Shown here one piece after another: positions 49,795-59,212 of a stretch of 64,000 nucleotides of DNA. A model generated the notes under the pieces. The model did not search any database and was not told where the DNA came from. It saw only the letters and a program-made list of their open reading frames with translations. How positions within the stretch are numbered: position 1 is the first letter of the stretch; every line of letters begins with the position of its first letter. Source of the DNA: an uncultured bacterium (GTDB taxonomy: Bacteria > Chloroflexota > UBA5177 > JANWHV01); the NCBI GenBank assembly GCA_963729625.1, contig CAVSOU010000017.1, positions 224,001 to 288,000 on the forward strand. Reading direction: 5' to 3'. Position numbers and translations under genes: made by a program.

Positions 49795-50745
49795 CTACGA
49801 ATAGCGGATTCGGGGATCGAGCAATCCATAGATGATGTCGGCGATGATGTTACAGGCAACAATGGTCACGGCTGAAAGCTCCATCATGGCCATCAGCACG
49901 GGATAGTCGCGCGATGACAGCGAATCGTAGAACAACCGCCCCAGTCCCGGCCAGGCGAAGATCGTCTCGGTGATCACGGCGCCGCCGAAGATGGTGCCAA
50001 AGTCGAGGGCGACAACCGTGACCAGGGGGATCAGGGCATTTCGGAACGCATGCCTGAACACGATCGTCAAGCGCTTCGCGCCTTTTGCGCGCGCCGTGCG
50101 CAGGTAGTCCTGGTGCAGCACTTCGAGCATGCTGGAACGCAGGTAGCGGCTCCAAGCTGCAATGAAGTTGAGCGACAGCACGATCGCAGGCAAGATCATG
50201 TGATGAATCTGATCCCACAGCGTGGCAGGCACGCCTTCCGTAATCTGGCCGCTGGTGGGAAACCAGTTGTGTTGCACGGCCAGTACCAGAATCAGCATCT
50301 CGGCGAACCAAAATATCGGCATGGAAATGCCGATGTACGAGAGCACGGTCAGTACGTAGTCGAGGATCGAGTATTGCCTGACGGCGGCGATGATGCCGAG
50401 CGGGATAGCGCAGATCAGCGCAAGCAGGAAGGCGGTACCCAACAGCTGCACCGTTGCCGGCAAGCGGTCGCCGATGATGCTGGCGACGGGCTGACCGTTC
50501 GTGAACGTGTTGCCGAGGTTGAGCCGGAGCGTGCCCCACAGCCACTTGACGTACTGAATGTACCAGGGCTGGTCGAGGCCCAGGCTGACAACCATGTCGT
50601 GACGGGCCTGGGCGCTCATGCGCGGGCTGAAGGCGACCTGCTCCGGGCCGCCGGGAATGAGATGCAGCAGGAGGAACAGGGCCATGCTGATCACGAGCAG
50701 CAGCGGAATAGCCTGCAGCAGCCTTCGGACAATGTAGGTGGTCAC
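49795..50745 (-). CDS. oppB: Oligopeptide ABC permease
   Basis: GTG start MTTYIVRRLL, GLDQP, DYLRTARAKG, DPRI. Confidence 0.92.
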   Translation of the reverse strand: MTTYIVRRLLQAIPLLLVISMALFLLLHLIPGGPEQVAFSPRMSAQARHDMVVSLGLDQPWYIQYVKWLWGTLRLNLGNTFTNGQPVASIIGDRLPATVQLLGTAFLLALICAIPLGIIAAVRQYSILDYVLTVLSYIGISMPIFWFAEMLILVLAVQHNWFPTSGQITEGVPATLWDQIHHMILPAIVLSLNFIAAWSRYLRSSMLEVLHQDYLRTARAKGAKRLTIVFRHAFRNALIPLVTVVALDFGTIFGGAVITETIFAWPGLGRLFYDSLSSRDYPVLMAMMELSAVTIVACNIIADIIYGLLDPRIRYS

Positions 50746-50792
50746 GTGTGTTGTCCCCACTGGTTGAACTCTTCGCTCAACGTGGTGTATTC

Positions 50793-50839
50793 GCGGGCGC
50801 GCCGCGTCCGCGGCGCGCCCGCCTAGATCATAATCTAGG
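50793..50839. promoter_or_regulatory. Adjacent palindromes in the divergent opp intergenic region
   Basis: GCGGGCGCGCCGCG-TC-CGCGGCGCGCCCGC (50793-50822) abutting CCTAGAT-CATA-ATCTAGG (50822-50839). Confidence 0.5.
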
Positions 50840-51200
50840 TCATCGACCTCAACGTGAAAAGCGGTGTGGGCGGTCGTCGCGTGTCGCGGCGCTCGTCGAT
50901 GGACCGGTGTTCGGCCACAAATCTCGTGGGCAGGGCGCAACCTTCCGTTATGCGGTATGTTCATTGCGTATGGCCGTGGCAGGCAATGGGAGGAGCCTGA
51001 CAGGCGCCTTGGGCGCGCGTCGACGATGCCGCGCCACCCACCTCGAACGCGACAAGGAGGTGCTATGCAGTAAGGCCGGTACGAGAGGTTCGCCCGTCAG
51101 ACCGTCGAGAGCCCGTCATTGTTCCCGTGATCTCCAATTGGATTGCCAGCTCTGAGCATTGCAGAGTGCAGAGTATCGACACAATATGGAGTACAACTAT

Positions 51201-52865
51201 ATGAAATTCTTCCGTTCCCGGGGAAAAGTGCTGGCAACGCTAGTGACCTTCGCGGCGCTGGTTGCCGGAACCATTGGACCTGTGCACGCGCAGCGCCCGC
51301 AGCAAGCCGCTACAGCGGACAGCAACGTGCTGACATACCCCATCGCGACCCAGACCTTATGGGCTGGCACGCTGGATCCCTCGCAGGTTTCCCTGCTCGT
51401 CGACAGCGATATCACGCAGAAGATCTATTCCGGCTTGCTGAAGCAATCGTTCAATGACAAGACCCGCCTGTTCGACATCGTGCCCGACCTGGCGGCCGGC
51501 ATGCCCACGGTGAGCAAGGATGGCCTTACCTATACGTTCAAGATCCGCTCCGACGCCAAGTTCTCGGACGGTACGTCGATCACGGCGCAGGACTTCGTCT
51601 CCAGCTGGACGCGCGTCGTCGACCCGAAGGCCAACTCGCCCGTCGAATACTACATGAGTCCGATACAGGGCGCCGATGCCTATGCCGCCGGCAAGGCGAA
51701 GACCTGGGGTGTAAAGGCGCTGGACGCCGGCACCCTGCAGGTCACCCTCGTTCATCCGGCCGTGTACTTCCTCTATGACCTGACGTACCCGACCTTCTTT
51801 GTGCTCAAGCAGGGTATCCCGGTCGGGGCCAAGCTGACCACCGATCCCTCGTTGACGATCAGCTCCGGCGCCTGGATGATCAAAGATCACACCTGGAAGT
51901 ACCGCAGCGAGATCTCGCTGGTGCCCAACCCCAACTACTGGGAATACAGCAAGATCACGCTCAAAGAGATCGACATCGTGTTCACGGGCACCTACGACAC
52001 AATGCTCGCGGCCTACCGGAGCGGCCAGTACCCCATCGCCTGGCTGACTTCGGCCAACCTGGCGACCTACAAGGGTGCCCCCGAGTACCACACCACGAGC
52101 CTGCTCGGCGATGTCTGGCTGAGCATGAACTCTCACATCGCGCCCTTCACCAACAAGAATTTCCGCCTTGCCGTGGCCTTCGCCATCGATCGCGACGCCA
52201 TTACCAAGGGTGTCGATCACGGCGCGAACGTGACACAATACGCCTGGTATCCGCCTGGCATCCTGGGCTATGACCCGAACGTGCAGAAACAGCCCGGCGT
52301 GCCGTATTACAACCCGACCATCGCCAAGCAATACCTGGCTGCGGCCATGAAGCAAATGTCGACGGTGCCGACTATCAGCCTCGAGTTCCGCAGCGAGAAC
52401 CCCGACGTCGCCCGCGAGATGGCCGAAGTGCAGACCAATCTCAAGGCCGTCGGTATCAGCATCGTCCTGCATCCAGTGCCACGTTCCACCTGGGTCAATG
52501 ATGGCAACGGCGGCAAGACCCAGTTCATCTGGAGCGACTGGTACGACGATTATCCAGATCCGCAGGACTTCTCCGACTACCTGATCCGCACCGGCGCCGG
52601 CGAGAACTGGGGCCGCTATTCCAATCCCGCCGTCGACAAGCTCTTCGATCAGGCGAACGTAACCAGCGACACTGCCACGCGCAAGGCACTGCTCCAGCAG
52701 GCACAGCTGACAATCCTGCGCGACGCGGGCGTGACCATGATCTACACCTTCGGCAATCAAGCACTGGTCAGCACCAAGATCCACGGCATGGAACTGAATC
52801 CGAGCTACGGCGACGAGCCGCAGCCTATCGCCAACGACTGGGCCAACGTAACCGTTTCGTCGTAG
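51201..52865 (+). CDS. oppA: Oligopeptide ABC substrate-binding protein
   Basis: Signal peptide, TLDP, VSKDGLTYTFKIR...FSDG, W..DYPDP..F. Confidence 0.93.
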   Translation: MKFFRSRGKVLATLVTFAALVAGTIGPVHAQRPQQAATADSNVLTYPIATQTLWAGTLDPSQVSLLVDSDITQKIYSGLLKQSFNDKTRLFDIVPDLAAGMPTVSKDGLTYTFKIRSDAKFSDGTSITAQDFVSSWTRVVDPKANSPVEYYMSPIQGADAYAAGKAKTWGVKALDAGTLQVTLVHPAVYFLYDLTYPTFFVLKQGIPVGAKLTTDPSLTISSGAWMIKDHTWKYRSEISLVPNPNYWEYSKITLKEIDIVFTGTYDTMLAAYRSGQYPIAWLTSANLATYKGAPEYHTTSLLGDVWLSMNSHIAPFTNKNFRLAVAFAIDRDAITKGVDHGANVTQYAWYPPGILGYDPNVQKQPGVPYYNPTIAKQYLAAAMKQMSTVPTISLEFRSENPDVAREMAEVQTNLKAVGISIVLHPVPRSTWVNDGNGGKTQFIWSDWYDDYPDPQDFSDYLIRTGAGENWGRYSNPAVDKLFDQANVTSDTATRKALLQQAQLTILRDAGVTMIYTFGNQALVSTKIHGMELNPSYGDEPQPIANDWANVTVSS

Positions 52866-52885
52866 GCAGCGCATCAACCCGCACA

Positions 52886-52915
52886 CGGGCCGCGAGCTCA
52901 TACGCTCGCGGCCCG
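52886..52915 (+). terminator. Stem-loop after oppA
   Basis: 12-bp stem CGGGCCGCGAGC-TCATAC-GCTCGCGGCCCG. Confidence 0.55.
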
Positions 52916-53059
52916 GCTCTAGGACCTCCGACCGCAGTCTGATGGCAGAGAAGACCGCGGCCGCTCCGTCCCTTCCGCGCGGCCGCAGCCCGAGGCGCTG
53001 TTACCCGGCCGCAGCCGGGGCCTGTCTTGAGGCTCGCCAAGGCTGATACTATAAGGCTC

Positions 53060-54013
53060 ATGCGACTACTGAACTTTATCATCAAGCGGCTGATCGCCAC
53101 GGTGTTCATCCTGATCGGCGTGGCGGCCGTCACCTTCTTCTTGGTGCGGCTCGCGCCCGGCGATCCGGTCAAGCAGATGCTCGGCCAGCACGCCGGGGAC
53201 GTCGCTACCTACACCCGGATCGCGCACCAGATGGGATTCGATCAGCCTCTCTGGCGCCAATTTGTGACCTACGTGTGGAATGCCGTGCACGGGAATCTCG
53301 GCAGCTCTGTAAACCAGTTGGGTGTGCCCGTCACCACGATCATTGGACAGGGATTGCCGGTCACCCTCGAGCTCGGCGGCCTCGCCACCCTGATTGCGCT
53401 CCTGTTCGGCATCCCGCTCGGTGTCCTGGCTGCCGTGCGCCACAACCGGCTGATGAGCGACAACGTGAACATGGGCATCATGATGACCCTCTACTCGCTG
53501 CCGCCGTTCGTGATCATTCCTATCGTGTGGCTGGTGTTCGGAATCCTGCTCAAGGGCACGATCTTGCATCTGCCGGTCACCGGCTGGGATGGGATCGGCG
53601 ATCCCCAGTATTGGCTGGCACCCGCCTTCGTGTTTGCTGCCGGCTTGGCAGGCTTTTTCGCCCGATCGATGCGCAGCTTCATGCTCGAGGAGTTGACCAA
53701 GGACTATATTCGCACCGCCCGCGCCAAGGGCATGCCCGAGCGTACCGTGATCTACGTCCACGCGCTCAAGAATACCCTCCTGCCGTTTGCTTCGGTCTTG
53801 GGCCCCACGGTCGCGTTTCTCGTCGTCGGCGCTTTCATCATCGAGAATGAATTCGGCATCCCCGGTATCGCACAGATTACTGTGCAATCCACGCTTTCCG
53901 ACGATTACTCAGTCACCCTGGGCACCACCCTGATCCTGGCCACGGCCGTGGTGATTGCCAATGCGCTCACCGACATCTTCTATACGATTGTCGATCCGCG
54001 AGTGAGTCTGTAA
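53060..54013 (+). CDS. oppB: Oligopeptide ABC permease
   Basis: FIIKRL, PGDP, DYIRTARAKG; TG-A-TACTAT 7 nt upstream suggests a leaderless start. Confidence 0.92.
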   Translation: MRLLNFIIKRLIATVFILIGVAAVTFFLVRLAPGDPVKQMLGQHAGDVATYTRIAHQMGFDQPLWRQFVTYVWNAVHGNLGSSVNQLGVPVTTIIGQGLPVTLELGGLATLIALLFGIPLGVLAAVRHNRLMSDNVNMGIMMTLYSLPPFVIIPIVWLVFGILLKGTILHLPVTGWDGIGDPQYWLAPAFVFAAGLAGFFARSMRSFMLEELTKDYIRTARAKGMPERTVIYVHALKNTLLPFASVLGPTVAFLVVGAFIIENEFGIPGIAQITVQSTLSDDYSVTLGTTLILATAVVIANALTDIFYTIVDPRVSL

Positions 54014-55000
54014 ATGCCCGCCTACGAAGATGCGACTCGCGCCGAGACGCCCAGCGTCGCGGCCTTGACGTCTTCAGGGCCGGGAGGATCGCGCGCGCCG
54101 CTTGCCGTGGAGGTCGAGGAGCTGAAGCCCGTCTCCCTGACGCGCCAGGCTGTGTGGCGCTTCATGGATAATCGCCTGGCCGTGGTCAGCCTGGTCGTCC
54201 TGGTCGTCCTGGCGCTGCTCGCGCTGCTAGCCAACTTCCTGCCGCTGATCGATCCCACAATCAATGATCCCTTCAACCAGGATTCCTTCCCCTCACACCT
54301 GCACCTGCTGGGGACCGACTCATCAGGACACGACATGCTCAGCGCGATCATCTTCGGCCTCCGCCCCGCCCTTGCCGTGGGCATCATCGGCCAGGTAATC
54401 GCCACAATAATCGGTGTGGCGATCGGCGTGGTGGCCGGGTATTTTGGCGGCTGGGTCGATGCCCTGCTATCGCGCTTTACGGATCTCGTCTTTGCCCTGC
54501 CCACATTTCTCCTGGCCTTCCTCACGGTGGCGGTACTGGGTCCCAGCTGGGATAACCTGTTTGGCGGCACCGGCCGCATCGTTCTGATCACTATCGTGTT
54601 TGGCTTCGTGGGCTGGCCGCCGTTGATGCGCTTCGTGCGCGCGTTGGCGCTGTCGATGAAGGAGCAGCAGTTTGTCGAGGCCGCGCACAGCGTCGGCACC
54701 TCGCCCTTGAAGATCATCATCCGGCACATTCTGCCCAATACCTGGGGCCTGGTGCTCGTGCAGGCCACCTTTGGCATCGGCAACTTCATCTACAACGAGA
54801 CAACGCTCTCCCTGCTGGGCCTGGGTGTTCAACCCCCCAATCCGGATCTGGGCTCGCTTGTCTCTATCGGAGCGGAGCACATCAATATCAACTGGATGGA
54901 ATCGATCGTCCCGGCGGCGATACTGGCCGTACTGGTGGTCGGATTTGCTTTCCTGGGCGACGGCTTGCGTGACGCCGTGGATCCGCGTGCGAGTGAGTGA
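54014..55000 (+). CDS. oppC: Oligopeptide ABC permease
   Basis: HLLGTD..GHD, FVEAA, GDGLRDAVDP. Confidence 0.92.
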   Translation: MPAYEDATRAETPSVAALTSSGPGGSRAPLAVEVEELKPVSLTRQAVWRFMDNRLAVVSLVVLVVLALLALLANFLPLIDPTINDPFNQDSFPSHLHLLGTDSSGHDMLSAIIFGLRPALAVGIIGQVIATIIGVAIGVVAGYFGGWVDALLSRFTDLVFALPTFLLAFLTVAVLGPSWDNLFGGTGRIVLITIVFGFVGWPPLMRFVRALALSMKEQQFVEAAHSVGTSPLKIIIRHILPNTWGLVLVQATFGIGNFIYNETTLSLLGLGVQPPNPDLGSLVSIGAEHININWMESIVPAAILAVLVVGFAFLGDGLRDAVDPRASE

Positions 55001-55001
55001 G

Positions 55002-56045
55002 ATGACGGTGCAAGCAGGTATGGCCAATCCGATAGCGCGTGGACAGGAAATGCTGCTGAGCGTGCACGATCTGCGCACCTACTTCCATACGCGTGCCGGC
55101 ATCGTGAAGGCAGTCGACGGGGTGAGCTTCGAGCTGCGACGGGGCGAGGCATTGGGTATTGTGGGCGAGTCGGGATCGGGCAAGACGGTCACCGCGCTCT
55201 CGATCATGCGCCTGATCCCCGATCCGCCCGGGCACATCGCCGGCGGCCGCATCACCTTCGACGGCCGCGACATGCTCGCGCTCAGCGCACGGGAGTTGCA
55301 GCGGATGCGCGGCAGCGTGATGGCCATGATCTTCCAGGACCCCATGACGTCGCTCAACCCGGTCCTCAGCATCGGCTACCAGCTGAAGGAGACGCTCAAG
55401 CGGCATCAGAAGATAACAGGCAGCCTGGCGAACCTGCGCGCCGCGGAATTGCTCGATCGGGTCGGCATTCCGGCACCGAGCAAGCGGCTGAAGGATTATC
55501 CGCATAACTTCTCCGGAGGCATGCGACAGCGCGTGGTGATCGCGATGGCCCTGGCCTGCAATCCAAAGCTGATCATCGCCGACGAGCCGACCACGGCGCT
55601 TGACGTGACGATCCAGGCGCAGATTCTCGACCTTTTGCGAGGCCTCCGCAAGGATTTCGACACCTCGATCCTGCTGATCACCCATGATCTCGGCGTGGTG
55701 GCTCGACTCTGCGACCGCATCGTGGTCATGTATGGCGGCAAAGTGCTGGAGACCGGCACCGCGGTGGAAACATTCAAGCATGCCAACCAGCCCTACACCG
55801 AAGGCCTACTCAACTCCATTCCGCGCCTCGACCGGACGCGGGGCGAACCCTTGACCTCTATTCCCGGCAACCCACCGAACATGCTGGCCCCGCCGCGAGG
55901 TTGCCCCTTCGCGCCGCGTTGCCAGTACGTGCTCGAGCGCTGCATCAAGGAGATGCCTTCGCCAGAGGCGGTCTCGGGCAGTGCCACGCACTTCTCCGCT
56001 TGCTGGGCCACCAACCCACCACGCTCGGGCTCAGGGGACATTTAG
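55002..56045 (+). CDS. oppD: Oligopeptide ABC ATPase
   Basis: [33 protein letters not shown]. Confidence 0.94.
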   Translation: MTVQAGMANPIARGQEMLLSVHDLRTYFHTRAGIVKAVDGVSFELRRGEALGIVGESGSGKTVTALSIMRLIPDPPGHIAGGRITFDGRDMLALSARELQRMRGSVMAMIFQDPMTSLNPVLSIGYQLKETLKRHQKITGSLANLRAAELLDRVGIPAPSKRLKDYPHNFSGGMRQRVVIAMALACNPKLIIADEPTTALDVTIQAQILDLLRGLRKDFDTSILLITHDLGVVARLCDRIVVMYGGKVLETGTAVETFKHANQPYTEGLLNSIPRLDRTRGEPLTSIPGNPPNMLAPPRGCPFAPRCQYVLERCIKEMPSPEAVSGSATHFSACWATNPPRSGSGDI

Positions 56046-57098
56046 ATGAACGCCTCCGAGAATCGATCGCGGGCTTCTACCGACCAGGACGATGTGCTCG
56101 TGCAGATCGATGACCTTCGGGTCCACTTTCCCATTCGAGGCGGCTTTCTGGGTCGCCAGTCGGGCGTCGTGCAGGCGGTCGACGGCGTGAATCTGCAGAT
56201 TCGCCGGGGCGAGACGCTGGGTCTGGTGGGTGAGTCGGGCTGCGGAAAGTCGACGTTGAGCCGCGCGGTGCTTCAACTGATCAAGCCTACCGGCGGCAGG
56301 GTGATCCTCGACGGACGGGAGCTGACCGGGCTGTCCCGTGAACGACTGCGGCCGATGCGACGGCGGATGCAGATGATATTTCAGGATCCCTATAGCTCGC
56401 TCAACGGCCGGATGACCGTGGCCGAGATCGTCGCAGAGCCCTTGAAGAACTACCATGTCACCAATCGCTCGGCACGCACGCGCGCTGTGCGCGAATTGCT
56501 CACGATGGTCGGGCTCAGCGACTATCACATGAACCGGTATCCGCATCAATTCAGCGGTGGCCAGCGCCAGCGTATCGGAATCGCCCGTGCGCTGGCCTTG
56601 CGGCCCGACTTCGTAATCTGCGACGAGCCGGTCAGTGCCCTGGATGTCTCGATCCAGGCACAGATACTCAACCTCTTGGAGCAGCTGCAGCGCGATCTCA
56701 AGCTCACGTACCTGTTTATCGCGCACAATTTAGGCGTCGTGCGCCACATCAGCGATCGTGTTGCGGTGATGTATTTGGGTGAGTTGGTCGAGATCGGGAC
56801 GGGAGACGAGCTTTTCCTTCAGCCGCTGCATCCATACACGCGTGCGCTGCTCTCCGCTATTCCCGTGCCCGATCCGGAGCTTGAGCAACAGCGGCAGCGC
56901 ATCGTGCTGCAAGGCGACGTCCCCAGTCCCGCCGCACCGCCCAGCGGCTGCCGCTTCCACACCCGTTGCTCCATCGCGCGACCCGAATGTGCTGAACGCC
57001 GCCCGTCCCTGCAGGGTCAGCAGCACAAGGTAGCGTGCTGGGCCGTAAGCGGACTCGAGAGTGTAGCACCGTGGGCAGCCTGGACTGTAAGCCCTTAG
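56046..57098 (+). CDS. oppF: Oligopeptide ABC ATPase
   Basis: [39 protein letters not shown]. Confidence 0.94.
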   Translation: MNASENRSRASTDQDDVLVQIDDLRVHFPIRGGFLGRQSGVVQAVDGVNLQIRRGETLGLVGESGCGKSTLSRAVLQLIKPTGGRVILDGRELTGLSRERLRPMRRRMQMIFQDPYSSLNGRMTVAEIVAEPLKNYHVTNRSARTRAVRELLTMVGLSDYHMNRYPHQFSGGQRQRIGIARALALRPDFVICDEPVSALDVSIQAQILNLLEQLQRDLKLTYLFIAHNLGVVRHISDRVAVMYLGELVEIGTGDELFLQPLHPYTRALLSAIPVPDPELEQQRQRIVLQGDVPSPAAPPSGCRFHTRCSIARPECAERRPSLQGQQHKVACWAVSGLESVAPWAAWTVSP

Positions 57099-57156
57099 GG
57101 TCACCTATTAATCCGGCTGCTCGTATCCGGGCAAGTCACCCGTAGCACGTATCTCG

Positions 57157-57636
57157 CTATCGTGTGGGCGAGAGCTGAAGCTCAAGGTAGCTGGCGTCCG
57201 GGTGAGGATTGGCGGTATAGGCGGAAATCTCGCGGAAGCCAAGTGCGCCATAGAGGTGGTACGCCTCCGGCATGCGACCGGTCATCGTGTCCAGGCGCAT
57301 CGCAGCATAGCCGGAGTCCCTTGCGCTATCGATCAGTTGCTCCGCCAATAGGCGCCCAATGCGCTTGCCACGAAAAGCCTGCCGCACATACAGGCGCTTC
57401 ATCTCGCAGATACCCGGTTCGAGCGGGCGGAAAGCGCCGCATCCGGCCGGGAGGCCGTCACTGCGGGCCAGAAGCAGCCGTCCGGCAGGAGGTGCGTACC
57501 TGCCGGGAAGCATCGCCAGCTCTCGATCGAAGTCCTGATAGGCGAGCGAGAACCCGAGCCAGACGGCGTATTCTTCGAATAGCTCGCGGACAAGGACGAT
57601 GTCCTCGCGGGAGGAGGCCAGGGAGATGTCAATCAT
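57157..57636 (-). CDS. GNAT-family N-acetyltransferase
   Basis: CEMKRLYV...RGKRIGR, MRLDT, LY..LGF. Confidence 0.9.
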   Translation of the reverse strand: MIDISLASSREDIVLVRELFEEYAVWLGFSLAYQDFDRELAMLPGRYAPPAGRLLLARSDGLPAGCGAFRPLEPGICEMKRLYVRQAFRGKRIGRLLAEQLIDSARDSGYAAMRLDTMTGRMPEAYHLYGALGFREISAYTANPHPDASYLELQLSPTR

Positions 57637-57655
57637 CCGCTGATCAGAGGCCCGA

Positions 57656-58828
57656 TCAGCCGGGTCGTGGGGTTGGAGTGGATCGCGCGGGCTTGGCGCC
57701 GAGGTGTCCGCCGAAGAGCGGCGAAGCGACGACGGTGCGGAAGGCCGCGAGCGCCGTCTTGGACGTGTAGACGCGCCAGTCCCCCTTGGCTTTGGCCTCA
57801 AACCATATCACGGCGCGGATGCGCGGCATCAGGCTCGGCAATTCGTGCAGGAACCCCTGACGGATCCAGTTTGCCTTGCTGCCGCCTCGCTCCACCGATC
57901 CGGTTTCGGCGATCATCAGGGGCCGCCGCGTGAAGGCCGTGACTTCAGCGTAGGAAGCGCCAAAGACCTGGTACAGCGACTGCCAGGTGTGCCCCGGGCT
58001 GCTGCCCCAGTTGTAGCCGTCCAGCGCCACCCAGTCGACATACGCGTCGCCGGGATAGTCGAGAATGTCAGGTGTGGCGCCGGGATATGTGATGTTGGCG
58101 CACCAGACCCATTTCACGTTCTTCACACCCAGGCTGGTAAAGATGCCGTGCACGTGGCGCCATGCCGCGACGAAGTCGGCCGGCGTATTCTTATTCGGAT
58201 TGCCAACCGTCGTGCCCCAGCTATACCAGTTGCCGTTCATCTCTTCGCCGAATCGCAGGAAGAACACGTAGCCCCAGGCCTTCGCCGCATTGGCAAAGCG
58301 ACGAATATAGGTGTCAAACGCACCGTGCGCGATCGCGCTCAGCTTGTATTGCGGCTGGGAGAGACCGAGCTCATAGTTCTCGGGTTGCCAGGTCCACATC
58401 GGGATACTGCCCCGGAGGCGGACGCTATCCATCACCTTGGGGTCGAAATCAGCGAAATGCACCCAGTCACTGCCGACGTTGACGATCGCGGGCATGCGTC
58501 CTACCAGGTGCGCATATTGGTCCATGAGTGATGGATCGTTAGTGACGTACGTACCCTGCTCGCGAATGGTAGCGCCCAGCGCGATCGGTCCATCCGGCAC
58601 AGGCAGCTTAGCGGCGATCGGGGTCTGACTCAACGCGGGCGCCACGCCGCTGCTGGCAGCGGGTTGATCTGCCAACCTGGTCAACGTGATTACTGGCACC
58701 GCTATGGCGATGACGAGCAGTGCCAAGAGTGCACTCTCCCACCAGATTCTCTTGAGCCGGGCATGAGGGACGACGTCAGCGGTCACCGCAGTTGGGGGAG
58801 GCATCGGGGTACACATCCTGTCAGTCAA
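57656..58828 (-). CDS. Membrane-anchored GH26-family glycoside hydrolase
   Basis: N-terminal TM; LRFGEEMNGNWYSW, WVWCAN, YPGDAYVDWVALDGYNW, MIAETG. Confidence 0.88.
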   Translation of the reverse strand: MTDRMCTPMPPPTAVTADVVPHARLKRIWWESALLALLVIAIAVPVITLTRLADQPAASSGVAPALSQTPIAAKLPVPDGPIALGATIREQGTYVTNDPSLMDQYAHLVGRMPAIVNVGSDWVHFADFDPKVMDSVRLRGSIPMWTWQPENYELGLSQPQYKLSAIAHGAFDTYIRRFANAAKAWGYVFFLRFGEEMNGNWYSWGTTVGNPNKNTPADFVAAWRHVHGIFTSLGVKNVKWVWCANITYPGATPDILDYPGDAYVDWVALDGYNWGSSPGHTWQSLYQVFGASYAEVTAFTRRPLMIAETGSVERGGSKANWIRQGFLHELPSLMPRIRAVIWFEAKAKGDWRVYTSKTALAAFRTVVASPLFGGHLGAKPARSTPTPRPG

Positions 58829-59212
58829 GCAAAGCGTGCTGGTCCACGTGCTTCTATCCTACCTAGACTGCGAGAGTTTCGCTACCCCCCCGGAGGGCGT
58901 GCCGCTCGGCATGGGGCGCAACTGGCTCACACACTTGGGCTAGCCCTTTCGTCCTATTGCAAAGACAAGAAACGACCAATTGACTATTGCACCCCGTGCT
59001 GCACGCAGAACAGTGCCATCAGTTACCCGGATGGTTACCCATAGTTGCTATCCAAACTGGGCATCCAGAATAGGTGATTGGCTGGCTTCCAAAACTCGTT
59101 CACAGTACGACTGTGGCTTTACGGCAGTGTGTTCGACGGGCTGATCACCCGGTTACATGCGGTGCTCGTGGCCGACCACTCGGACTAGGCAGTATTGGAA
59201 GGCAAATCCGAC

